Source of the DNA: Obrimoposthia wandeli
Taxonomy: Eukaryota
Reading direction: 5' to 3'
Length of the DNA: 64,000 nucleotides
Assembly: GCA_977020255.1 (NCBI GenBank)
Contig: CDROCS010003752.1
Location: 124,001 to 188,000 of the forward strand
Under the pieces are notes generated by a model. The model searched no databases. It saw only the letters and a list, made by a program, of their open reading frames with translations, and was not told where the DNA came from. Below, in pieces: positions 46,695 to 59,900 of this stretch; position 1 is the stretch's first letter, and every line of letters begins with the position of its first letter. The translations under genes and the position numbers were made by a program.

Positions 46695-49600
46695 TAGTCT
46701 ACAACATTTATTTAAAAAGTCAGCCTAAATTTCAGAAAATCCTCAGATAAAACAAAAAACTAAATTTTGAGGAAAACTGAAATTTGGAAAATGCGCACAC
46801 AATGGACAAAGGTCCCACCAACCTGACGAGTAATGGGACTTCCATCATTGTTGACATTGTTGAATACGCTGACCATGACAGTGAAATTAAATAAAATTCC
46901 AATTTGAGAGTTGTATAGGTTTCTAGGAGCTTATTCTCTTGTTTTTCTTTTTTTTCCCGATCGTTTTGCAGAAGTGCCGCTAAAATGACGATAGTTCCTC
47001 TACCGCCCCCTCAATCAATCTGTGTGCTAGTGCATGTGCGCATGTGCACACAAGTGCACCGGATTTTCTGAGTGTGTGAGTATGTGTGTTGGATTGATCG
47101 GGATCTGGTGCACCAAGCCCCGACGCTTGCAGACATTGGTGTGGATATGGCAGATCTAAACCCACCGTACTTTTCCCGAACTCACCAGTTTACCTCGTTA
47201 ATCATCGTCCTCGTCTTCAGAATTTCCCGAATCTCCACTAGTGATACATCAGCGCCAGTAGACTTTGTCTGTGACATTCGCAGCGGGGATATTTGTAAAT
47301 AGTGGTTATTTTATATAGGATCAAATTCACTTTACTGTTTGACATCAAAATTATCCCGCAAGTATACTATTTATGAAAGTCGTTTTCCATTTTCTATTTT
47401 GTGTGATTATTCCATATTAAAAGATGACACACAAGTGGAGCAAGAACAGTGATTTGTACCATGTCCAATTTTTTTCTCCCACATATTTTAACTCACTAGC
47501 TAAATATTTTACAAATGAAGCAAATTTATATTGGTTTTAATCAATATTTCACAGTAATCCATTAAGTTGCTGAAAGTGACTAATACATCCTGAAAGAAAT
47601 ATTTATGTTGTTTATGTAAGAGTGTCTGATGTGCTTTGAACACAAGCATTTAGGCTGTGTTTCGTCACCTTTTCATATTCTGGGCTCACAACGAGTAATT
47701 ACGGCTTAACACATTATCATTTCTACAGTTCATCAAACACTTCTTCTTTTCTTCTTTCTGAATTTTTACACTATCTTTTCTTAAACTATTTATAAACTTT
47801 GAATAATTGATATGTCATTATAAAAATAAAATGTTTTATATCTGAAAGTTATTAATTCTAATTTTATCCGGTACGTGCAAGGCTGAATTTACAAGTGGTC
47901 TTGTATATCTACAACCCTCCGGGACCCTCTAGTGTTTGAAGAAAATAATTAAAAGTAATTGGACATCTCAAGTTGACCCGAGTCTTTTAAACTCAATAGC
48001 CTCTATTGGATGTTGATGCATTTTTATATACATATATATTTTATTTAACAGTTTAGGGAAGCATTGATGAACCTTTCTAGTGAAAAATTTAGGAAAAAAT
48101 AGATCATATTTTTAGCTCAATTTTTTAAAGCACATTTCACAAACATCCCTCGAAAAATACTTAGCTACAGAAACTTTAGGAAATAAATTAAGAATATTTA
48201 CCATTGGTATTCATATCTAAGGAAATGACTTGAAAAAAAAAATTTATGAAAAAACTTAAGGGAACAAAGAAACTTCATTTATATAATTAAAAAACTACAT
48301 TTTTGGAGATAGTAATAATTTTAAGTTGATTAAACATTTTTAATTGGAATATACTTCAATTAGATTAATAAATTGTTATAATGAAAATATTCAATCCGAA
48401 AATTATATTCGTTTTTTTAAATTTAAAAGACAATTTTGAAAATAGTATTTAAAAACATTGATAATGAAAATACATAAAAATATAATAATATCACCAAACA
48501 TATAACATAACTATATTAATTTAGATTCTGACAGCGTAATCTACTTTTCGACCATAATTATTTTCATCTTCCTCAATTAAATTTGCTACAGTGTTAGATC
48601 TACTTCGAAGATAATAACTTCCTTGACATATGCTTCCTTGGAAACCTGATGTTTAAGGTTTTAAATTCTTCAAAATTTTCTTGTTTTACTATAATATTTT
48701 TTTACTATATTTATTTTTGAATGTTAATATAATTAAAATTAATATTTCTATTTTTGTAGCAATTTCAAAACGTGTTAACTTAAATAATATTTTTTTAAAA
48801 ATCTAACTTCTCCCAATACATGCAAAATTTATAAGGAGCTCCTTAACTAAAGATTTTTGAAGTAAAGGATCCTTTAAAGTCAGGAAAGTTTTTGAATATG
48901 GCCCTTAATTTTACATAATTTGGTTTACTTTACAAACTTTTACACACTTAATGTCATTAGTGCAAAATTGCTCATTTTGAGAAGACAGCTTAAATTGCTT
49001 TATAATTATCATTTGTCTATTTGAAGTTGACAAATGTTAAGGTTCAGATACGGTGACAAGTGATAAAATAAATATATAAATCAGTAATATTTTTAATCCT
49101 GTTCAGGGACATTAAGTTGATTAAATTGGATAAAAATTTTAAAAATTAGAATAAGAGAGAGAGTTAATTAAGTCTAAAATACTCCGAAAATGGAGTTACT
49201 TAATAGGACACTTGGTTTCAATATTCAATTTAGTGCAATTCAAATAATAAAACAAAGTGCAAGCATAAGTCACAAATATGCAGGCCTCTATGACGCTCAA
49301 TATTTTGGAATAAGAAATATAAGAAGTCGTTAGGGGTCAATACTATTATTATATTTTGTGAAAATTAGTAAAATGGTAATTAAATATTTAAGGATTACTA
49401 TTTAACGATCGGTTTGCGTGGTAGTTGAATCTACGAAAATTTTCACTAGCAAATATACTTTTCGATTTTCTGAGAATTTTTTCGCCTTCTCTTTTTTATT
49501 CTTGTAGCTGATTTGTTGAACCGATTGAATACCAGAGACTCAGTTTAATAAATACCTGACACTCTAGATACATTTCAGTAAGATATAAACAGCCGATAAA

Positions 49601-49921
49601 AAATCCTGAAATTACCAATAAAATAAATAAAGTTAAGTACCGAAATCAATCATAATTGTAGTTGAATTTTTCATGTCTCATTAAAAATGCCGAAGATTAA
49701 TTTTTGTATAGACACAAGAGTGAACATATGCAACGAGTGTCCCGTAAATTCTTTGGAATTAAGTCTGTAGAATATACTATTTCCATATAGTTTAAGAGTT
49801 CAAAATTGAGTATAAGGCCCGAAGATAGAATATTTTAACTTTATATGTTGAGGACTTTTAATTTAAGAAGTATTATGAAGAGTTCCTGTGACATCTAGTT
49901 CATGTGGCTTTAAATAATATG

Positions 49922-50242
49922 AGTAGGTGGATATGTCCTGTTTAATCCACACCTCACCCGGGGGTACCGCTGTCCTACATGTGTGTGGATTGCAATTTTG
50001 CGCATGTGTGTTTTGTATTAACCCTCCTTTCGGGGAGAGAGGGTCTCAATTTTTTAGCACCCTAATGGCACCCCGGTCACACCCAACTTATTTTCAAAAT
50101 TCTTGGGACCCCCACAAGACACACATTCGCGAAATTTCAATCTACACACATTTAGAAAATTTCAATCCACACACATGCACGGTTTTAAAGGGGGGACACG
50201 GGTACCCCCAGGGGTGGATTAGACCGGACATATCCACCTACT
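49922..50242. mobile_element. 321-bp non-autonomous mini-Maverick (MITE-like)
   Basis: TIRs AGTAGGTGGATATGTCC...GGACATATCCACCTACT; perfect 6-bp TSD AATATG (49916-49921, 50243-50248); right end homologous to 380-462. Confidence 0.9.
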
Positions 50243-50419
50243 AATATGGGATACTTAGATTCTGACATTACATAAATACATGAAAATGGTTTCCTAGTTG
50301 ATACAAATAAGATACACCCTTAACATATTGGTGTATAACAAAAAGTCTGATGATAAACAATATCTTGAAAACGAACGTATATAATCATGTTAAACTATTT
50401 TTAAATTGTTCTAAATATT

Positions 50420-50860
50420 TAATTAAGGATTTTTTTCTTTTATACACAAAGCCTCATGCGTTGTTCTTTCGAAATAGTTCCGAACATTTTTATGAATGAC
50501 TACAAACTCTATAAAAGAAATAGCCTTACTCATATTTTTACAGCCAATCAAGTGGATAAAGATGGAAGACTTCCTACATACCTGACCGTGTGGCATCACA
50601 TACACAACTTTGAAACTTTTATACTAAAATATTGCTGAAGGATTTCGATGAAACGTTTGTCTAAAATCATATTAGATAGTTTAAATGAATGGGAAACAAG
50701 CATATTTTTGAACAACAGTTTTAAATGGCATATTTCTTATTTTTATGGAAATATATTTTCTTATCTGAAAGATATTTTGATAATGACTGCTTATGCGTTA
50801 GGAATATTTATTTAAACTTAAATAGATAAATCTTGTCTCATTTCCATTCAGGTTTTCTGC
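50420..50860 (-). mobile_element. Penelope-like element remnant (GIY-YIG C-terminus)
   Basis: SSIFIH...FVVIHKN..NYFER..HEALCIKEKNP resembles the Penelope endonuclease tail. Confidence 0.55.
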
Positions 50861-51949
50861 TAAATTCCACATGTTTCCTGTAACTTTCCATTGAAAATCA
50901 CGCAGAATTTCTACATCAAACGAAATGAAATCGAATCAATGTCTTATTCTGTTCCGTGAATTTAATATTTTTGTCTAAGGCATTGCTTGATCTCGGAGTC
51001 ATTTTCATCCTCATGTCATAATGAGAGGCATATTTTCAATTGTCTTATCATGTTTCTGATTAAAATCATCTGATGAATCGTCGTTTTAGATGCTTGCAAT
51101 AATGGTTTATCTTCAAAAGCCATTAATAGCACACTTTAGCGACACCTTCTTCTAATCTTTCACAATCCACTAATAAACCATCTCGTATGATTATTTCATC
51201 TTATGTCATCTTTTATAAAAGTGTGTTGTCAACCAATCACCAATTTCCCCCCTTCCCCTTCGAACTAGTCATTTCAAGCTTTTATTGACTGAAGTGTCAA
51301 GTGGATGTAGGTATGAATACGATTTTCCATTTTGTTTTATAAATAACCCTATAATTCCAATTTATAAAAGAGATCTAAATAAAAAATAAACTACATAATA
51401 ATGTTGTGGTACGTATGTCATTTTGATGAAACAATAGGATATTCTATAAATGTTGGGTTATTTGAATATTCTATTATGTCAGGCGAAATAAAAATTTGAA
51501 TAATTGTTAGTCTTATCGTTCTCTAAACTGTTTGAGGGAAACAATCCACAATCTAGGGAAGAAACGTAGTACAAAATTCCTGGTTTAAAAATGAAAACTA
51601 ATAATATAAAAATGCATTTTTTATTTTATTTTATAAAATATACTTTTTTAGTCATGTGAAACTTATTAAAACATTTGTTTAACAAAGAAGTAAATAATCT
51701 TATTAAAATTATTAAACTTTTTAAAAATTTAAAGGTGTGCATTTTACACAGTTATTTGCGTTTTATACAACTTTAAATTATTTCCCTAAAAGTAGGTTAT
51801 TGTCAATTCTGGTAACAAATTAACTATTGCAAATTTGAGGAGCTACTAAATTCTAAAATTGATTTTAAAAAGTTGTTTAAATATTAGTGAATATTTGAAA
51901 TCATTATTTTTAAAAAATCAATAAATTGTTGAACAGATAGTATATGGAT

Positions 51950-53463
51950 TGTCTATGGATTGTCCATTATCAAATATTTAGCTAGATTGGATGGAATTTC
52001 ATTCACCAGGTACATGACTGCATTTTGTAGTTTGGGAAGTAATTTATCATCACCGGATAAGGATTTTGATCTAACATTACCGATAAATTTCCCAAGTCGT
52101 TGGATTAGAGGGAAAGCAAAACTTTCATTCATCCAGATCCATACTGTTTCTCAACAAAATAAGGCAAATCACCACCTTGTATAAGTTTACTATACGCATT
52201 GATTATACTTGAATTACCACTATAAACAATATTTCGATAATGCTTTTATTAAATATGAATGATCAAGATAGAGCAAGCACATATATAGGTTCTGGTAGTA
52301 ATTTATAGGCTAATATGGATTATAATATAAATAATATTAAACATATTCATCCATCAACGAAAACAATAACTAGACCTACGCGAGTAACCGAAGAACGTAA
52401 GCCCTTTAAGGATTTGACTAATACTAAACGATTTTCATAAACAACATTATTAACATAATTAGAATCGAACTTTAAAGGTTAAACAATTGAATATTTGAAC
52501 TTTAAATAGCAAATATGAAATTCGAGAATCTGAATTTCGAAAAGCTACATCAGCCAATGTTCAAATATCACGGATATGATATGCATTTTTTTGAAGAAAT
52601 CTCACAGCTATAATTTTATTTTTCCTGTCAACATAGAGACGCTTAGATATGATTTCCAGGTATCAAATTTGACTTCAGTGGATAAAGAGAGAATCAATAT
52701 TGTCTTCAATCAATTCGGGATCAAATGTGAGTTTCAGGAAAACAAATTCATAATCAAATGCTACTAAATGCTACTGTTGAGAATTAAAATATTCCAATTT
52801 GAATTTAAATCAATTTATCAAAGTGCCCACAGTCGAACAGCGATTTTTTCAGTTATATCCAGTTCTTATATTGTGCTTCGCGGTAGGAAAATTGTTCTTT
52901 ACCACCTTTAGATAAAAATATATAGTTTTAAAGAAAGATACTAAAAATAGAAATATCCTCAAAAATACATGTATTTTATAGGCTGAGTCCTCATTAGGTC
53001 ATGACATCATAAGGTCATTGGTTGCCACGGTACCGGTTGTCATGGCAACTTGACCTTGTCCTGAAAATCACATAGCAACATGACTATGATCTGATATTGA
53101 CTATTTGTGTAAACAGAGCAAAATCATGATTCACATTAATTGGAAAAAAACTTGAGTAAAATTTGTATTTTTGTCGTATAATTTTTTAAAAATATTTAGA
53201 AACTGTGAAAAAAAACTTTCTGAACCCTCTTGTAAAATACAAAACGGACCAAAATATTTAAATTTGTAGGTTATATTATAATTTTTGATTTCCATAAATT
53301 TTAGGCATTGCTTTTTCGTTTGTTTTATAGAAAAATACGTATATATGTAATAAAAAAAAGTTGATTTGTTATTTTTGTAGTTATATAATACTTAATTTTA
53401 AAGGAAATATTAAATAAAATTAAAATTAAGGGGGTGCTTTGTTCCAGAAGTGCTACATCTACT
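51950..53463 (-). mobile_element. Internally deleted remnant of a sister Maverick (cupiennin-like fragment, 129-aa ORF homolog, right terminus)
   Basis: 51970-52215 aligns with 10930-11165; 52490-52767 aligns with 17623-17890; aggtcatgac repeats at about 52995-53015; ends ggggtgctttgttccagaagtgctacatctact, like 19312-19349. Confidence 0.88.
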
Positions 53464-53929
53464 AATATTCATTCATTTTGAGAAAATTGAAATCTAATGA
53501 ACAAAATTGCAAATATTTATTCCGTGAATTTCTGAGTTATTGAGATCAGGAAATTAATTCCGAATAAAGAATGAAAATCTGTTGTTTTTAACAGTTTTAC
53601 ACATGTCTGTCTAATCAAATATGAAGAGCAATATTTGTGCAAAGCGGAAATAAAATTTAGCCTCAGATTAAGCAGAGAATCGCAGAAATTTCAATATTAA
53701 TTGTACTCTTATAACTTATTGTTATACAGTTTGGCCAGATAATTGCGACTGTGATTGGTTGAAGGCAATTATACGACAGAGAGATCAGTTAGTTAGTCTT
53801 GTTCTAATCCTGTCCAATTGGTGTCCAGAGTGTCTCTTCTTTTCTTGTAGTTCCAGTACAGTTGAGTTGAAAAGAAACAGAATCTGTGAAGCACAGTTGA
53901 GACTCTCTCTCTCTCTAATTGCACAATCG

Positions 53930-56900
53930 ATGGAGAAGACCGAGGAATATAGCGACACAGATCTGCAATTTTTTGAGTTGGCGACTCCTGTGCTGGTAGG
54001 AAAGTGGATCCTCCGGTTCGGGCAGCCGTCTGTGACCGCTGCAGCCGAACAGCAGACGAGCCAGTCACGATCGAAGGAGAAACGAATCCGGTTTCAGGCG
54101 CCGAACAAGGGTGGCTTGAAAAGTGAGCAGTCTCGCTCTATGGGTGTAATCAAGTTGACGCGAGGCAGCACCCAGAAAGAGTTTCTTCGAGCAGGTCAGC
54201 AAATCCTTTGTAAAACAAAAGAAACAAATTTGCTCAATAAAATATGCAATGAAAACGCACCTTTATTGCATACACCTATTGTAACTTAGTAAGTTAGATT
54301 CAGATATTTACTAAGCTAAAAAATTCATAATTTTACCTAATATGAATTTAGAGTTAATATATAGTTGTCAATATGAATTTGTGATACATTTTATTGTAGT
54401 TCCTTAAAATTGAAAACCAAATAAAAGCTATTTATAAATTTCAATATTTAGTACCACTACATTATTTTATAAAACAATCTACGGATCACTTTTGTATTGA
54501 AAAATAATATTCTGATCACAAAAAATTATTCAACATCCAATTTAGTTTAAGCTGTATAATTAAAAATTATTACTATTATCAGTTCCATTTTATTGTAGTA
54601 AATAATGTTATCTAGTTTTTAATAATTCCACATATTTTAATAAACACAAGAAATATCTAAGAATGTACCTTAATTATGAAGAACCGGAATTGATATTTAT
54701 TGATTCAAATAGGGTTAAAGTTACAGTAAAATTTAAATAAAAGTGGAGAAGTTACAACCTGATATCTAGATTCATACTAAATCCCTGGGAAAATGGTACA
54801 AAAGTGAAACTGACATGGATAAAGTCAAAATTGGACTCATATGAAAAACGACGAAAAAGTATGCTGATTGGAAAGCTTAAATGTCCAAAAGTATATAAAT
54901 ATGAAAAGACGACCTAATTTATCTGACAATCAAAAAATGTGTCGTATAAAATTTTCAAAAAAAGTCTTTAGAAAGTCTGAATTTAGAAATAAAATCATAT
55001 TTAGCAATGAAAGGCGATTCACATTGAAAGACTGATCGTTTCCGTTACTACTGACGCACTACATTTAGTTATAACGATTTATTATTAGGTACGATCTGTT
55101 ATGAAAACATTAAATATTTGTATTGGTTTGCAAGCGTGAACCAAGTATTTCAGCATGTCGTTTAGAAAGATTCAAGATTGTTACTAGATCATTTAACTGA
55201 CCCTGTTTTATTAATAAAGGTTTTCTAGATATCGGCTTTTCACAATCTGTATCCGTAATACAGTTTTTAATTAAATTTATTCAGTATCCATTTCTGATAT
55301 AGAAATTAACAATTTACGGTGATATTTTCATTAAATAAGGACATACAGTAGAATTGCTCTATAAGGAATTGCTCTATAAGGAATATTGCTCTATAAGGAA
55401 CGGGTTTCCCGGTCCCTTGAAATGTAAAACAGTTTCAGCAGGGAAAATTGCTCTATAAGGAATTTATTGCTCTATAAGGAATATTGCTCTATAAGGAATG
55501 AGTTTTCAGGTCCCTTGAAGAGAATATTGCTTTATAAGGAACTTTTTTATCCAAATGAATTTTTTATCAAATATGAATGGAGAAGAAAAACTTCCTCTTT
55601 TGGTAATTGAAGTTTATATTTATCATTTATTTTATTTTGATATAACACTGCAAACTTTTATTTTAATATCTTACGTGACACAATGGTTTCATTTCAATAT
55701 GAAGTTCAAAATAAAGATCTTGATTATTTCATTTTCACATTCAAAAAAATCAAAAGTTATAGAGATTTTAAGATTTTAGACATTTTATTTTAATTTATTC
55801 ATTTAGAAACTTTTTATTTTATAATGTGCAAATCATTAAAATGATTATCCAAAAACGATTAAAATGTGACAGCCCCCTTTCATTTTTTATTTTTGAGTAA
55901 AATGATCATCCTTTTGTAGGTAATCGGAAAATCTCAACATCCAAGATGCTTTAAAAATAATATACATCTTCCAACTCAATATCTTGCAAACAAGACTGCA
56001 TGGATGACATCTCTAATATTTGATAATTATATTCGGAAACTTGACAGAAAGTATACGAATGAAAGAAGGAGTGTATGTTTTGTTCTCGATAATTGTCCAG
56101 CTCATCCCAAAATGAAGGATCTGAAATCTATTGAATTAAAATTTTTACCTAAAAATACCACAGCCAATCTACAGCCTATGGATGCTGGAATTATTAGAAT
56201 GTTAAAGGTGCATTATCGAAATCGTCTTATGAACAATAGATTATTCCATTTCAATACGAAATTACCTTTCAAAATCGATCTTCTGAAAGCATGTGTTTGG
56301 CTTCGTGATAGCTGGGCTCAAATAGAACCAGTGAAGATTGCAAATTACTTTAGGTAATTATACGAGTTTTTTATATGAAATTTTTTTATTATGATTTCAA
56401 GGCATGCGTATTTCAAGAAATTAGATGATCCGGAAATACATTCAGATGAGAATGAAGAAATTAATGAAATTGAAATTGATGAAATTGGTAATTTATGGAA
56501 AGAATTTGTAGCTGGTGAACTTGTTTCAGAAGATGTAAATCCACAGGATTATATTCAAGTAGATTCTGAAGCTATTGCTACTGAATATGAAATAGACTCT
56601 AAATCTGATTTAATGATTGATGATGATAAAGATTCTGATACTTTTTCAGATGATGAACCCATAATTAGACCTCCGACAAAAGATGTTGCAAATGCTATCG
56701 ATATTCTGCAATGATATATATTGTTATCTGGTAAATACAAAGGAATATAGAAGAGTTAATGGAATTCACCCGAAAAATAATTCTGAAAGAAATGAAACAA
56801 CCTGAAATCACCGATTTATTTAAATGATATATTATTGTTTAATTAAATATGTATATTAAAACCAAAATTATCTTTAATATTTATGAAATTGGGTGAAATT

Positions 56901-59900
56901 CATTTTTTCAAAAAAAATTGCTCTATAAGGAATATTGCTCTATAAGGAACGAACTTCCCTGTCCCTTGAAAGTTCCTTATAGAGCAATTCTACTGTAATT
57001 ATAAAAATACCTGAATGAAATTATGATTTGAATATTATTGTGCATTCAAATTTTATTCGTAATCATGAAGCAAAACTATTCCTAAACATTTAATTTCATT
57101 ATTGGAAAAAAAATTCAATCGAAAAACCCAACTGGGAAATAGCTGGGCATTTTTTTTGGCCACGTCAAAGAACCATACAGGATAAAACCTAGTAAAAACC
57201 CTGTATCAGATAAGGTTTAATACTAAACCATCGGCTGTGTCAGCAGCAAGGGAAGTTGGTATTTGTCATGGACAAGGCGTTCAAAAATACATATTTAAAT
57301 ACATGAATAATCTAATTTCGAAGTATAAAACATAAATGTATTTCATAAAATACAAAATTTACAAACCTTTTTCTACTTCTTCTTAAATTGATCACAGTAT
57401 TTTTTTGAGATCTGCTAAAATTCGCAACCAAGAAATTATAAAATATAAAATATTACTTAAGGCGAATTAGGTAAACCATAAGTTTAAATTGACAATATTT
57501 TTTTAGAAATTACAAAATCAATTAAAATAGAAGAAAAATACGACTGAATAAATAAATATTATTAATTTAGGACTAAGATTATAGACTAGTTTATTTTAAT
57601 TAACATTTTTAATTTTATGGCCGATACTAACCGAGAAAATCAGCCAGGACCGGCTTTAATATGGTCTGTTATCTTTTTAACCAACTAACTGATAGATACG
57701 AAATGAATAAGGCCATATATTTAATATTTTATGTCTCAAATTTTTAAGTTTGTTTACGGTTTCAGCATTGGATATTTTATTTTCTCCATATCTTGGATTG
57801 ACTTAGTATCGATAATTTATTTGACTGGGACAATCGCCATGTGGAAGGAATATTAAACGCATGGCACATTGGGTGAGTTTTGCAAACTGAATTGACAAAC
57901 AGCCCGGAACTTCATGCCAAATAACGACACCATACCAAACTTCCATTACCGAATGAAAAATCGCCTACCAAATATGCTAAACTGAAATATTCGATAAGTC
58001 AAATCTCTAAAAACTCCCGTGTCCCTCATTTGAGAAGTTTGAAGTAACTGGGAGAATTCATTCAGTGCCTCTGAGTAGCCACTATGGCTAGATACTGTCG
58101 CTACAGTACAGTGATATATGTGATGCATATTGACATACACAGCTCATATATTTAATAGACGGTCCTATATCGAGTCTCGACGAGCGCCGTGGTAGTCTAC
58201 AAACTATGCGCCAGTTCCAGTCGATGCCGGCGGCGCCAAACTCGAGCAACTTGCGCCATTTGTTGGACTCGCGAGTGCCACTGCCAGCCCCTCGACAAAG
58301 AGGCTGCAGCATTCAGGACGCTGTAAGACTCCGAACACTTCGGTAATGAGGCTTTCTTCCGCATTGAGGATGATACATTTAAGGGAAATTTATATTATAT
58401 TTTGTCTTTATTGGTTTTTAAGTTATTTACTTTTGCACAAACAATCTGGTATACACGGTCTCAGATACTAAATACTTAACATACGGTGATCCTCAAGGTT
58501 TGATTATTGGTTCAATCCTATTTTGGATGTATACTGTGTCAATCGTAGCGAGAAAGATCACCACCTTTATGCTATTGACATAGGACTTTATGCTCATTTT
58601 GATTCTTAAAAGATAAAGATTAATATAAACCATGTTAAAGAAAAAAGAAATTTCATACATATCTGTGACTATATTATAAATAAAATAATAAAATAAAGAA
58701 CGCGGGTGGTGTCTTTAAAAGAAATATTACAATGGACTGTCAAATGAATAAAGTGATAAGAACATACAACATTCATATTAAAACGATTTATCTGATGAGA
58801 AAATACCTTACTACTAAGATAATTACAACGCTAACTCAAGACTATTTTTTTCAAATTTGTTTACGTTTTTTCAAATTCCATCTTATCACTTTAAATGTGC
58901 TTGTGCAAGTGAACATTTATTGAAGATCCATTGGATACAGATCAATGCTAAAATTGAATTCAAGATCGTATAAAAATGAATTCTCTAACAATAGTCAAAT
59001 ATTGATATGATCTTCTCGAGCCTGGTGATGTGACATCTTAGGAGCAATGATAGTGACTGCATATAGGTTAGGAGAGAGTGATGGGATATTTTAAAGTTAT
59101 GTTGCGAATCAGTACAACAATTAACTGATGAATATAAGAAACTGTAACAATGACGAAAAATTCAAGATATAACTGAAGAATTTACTATTCAGAAAATTGA
59201 CGAAGAATAATGGCAAATAGAAAGTACTTTTGGGTGTAAAGTCAAAGATTTATTAGATAAAATCGCTGTATTAATTAAATTATTTCATTGTTTTAAATTG
59301 TATTATATTTCCAAGACTTTTTGTATAAATGCCATTATATTCAAATTGAATCCATTTAAAAACTGAAGAACCACTAAAAATATGGAGAGATAAAATTCCC
59401 AGACATTAATAAATTAAGTTAAATAAGGATTGTTTTGTTGAATCAGATACAAACAATGTAAAAAAAATGAGAAAAATATGTTAGAAGACTGAAGTTCAGG
59501 CATAACTATATTGATAAATAAACAGCATTCATATCATTATTTTGCAATACAAACATACCACACAATCACACATTCACAAGCATACATATTACCTAAAAAC
59601 CCGTAGGTCCGTAAACCACAGTTTATACAATCTATTACATCTCCCTCGGTTTTTAAAATTGTTTTATCCATTCTATATTTTTTATTTTACATCTTTCGTT
59701 GGGAAATTTTATTTTGAAAGCTCTATCATGTATTTTCTCTATTATGACTCCAGGACTCTCATAGCGATTATCATCCTTATTTCGAACATATCTTTTTACC
59801 AATACTTCATCGCCGATATTAAAATTTCGATAACTATTTTCCTTGAGGCTATTTGCATTCTTTCGGTTAATTCTGTTTTTGTAGGGTTTAAATGTCTCTT

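Noticed and set aside
51299-51312. agtggatgtagg as left terminus of the 52-53 kb remnant
   Set aside because: Only about 11 bp of similarity and no TSD match to AATATT.
55346-55545. Interspaced 16-bp repeats resembling CRISPR
   Set aside because: They are copies of the Tigger TIR core with irregular spacing.
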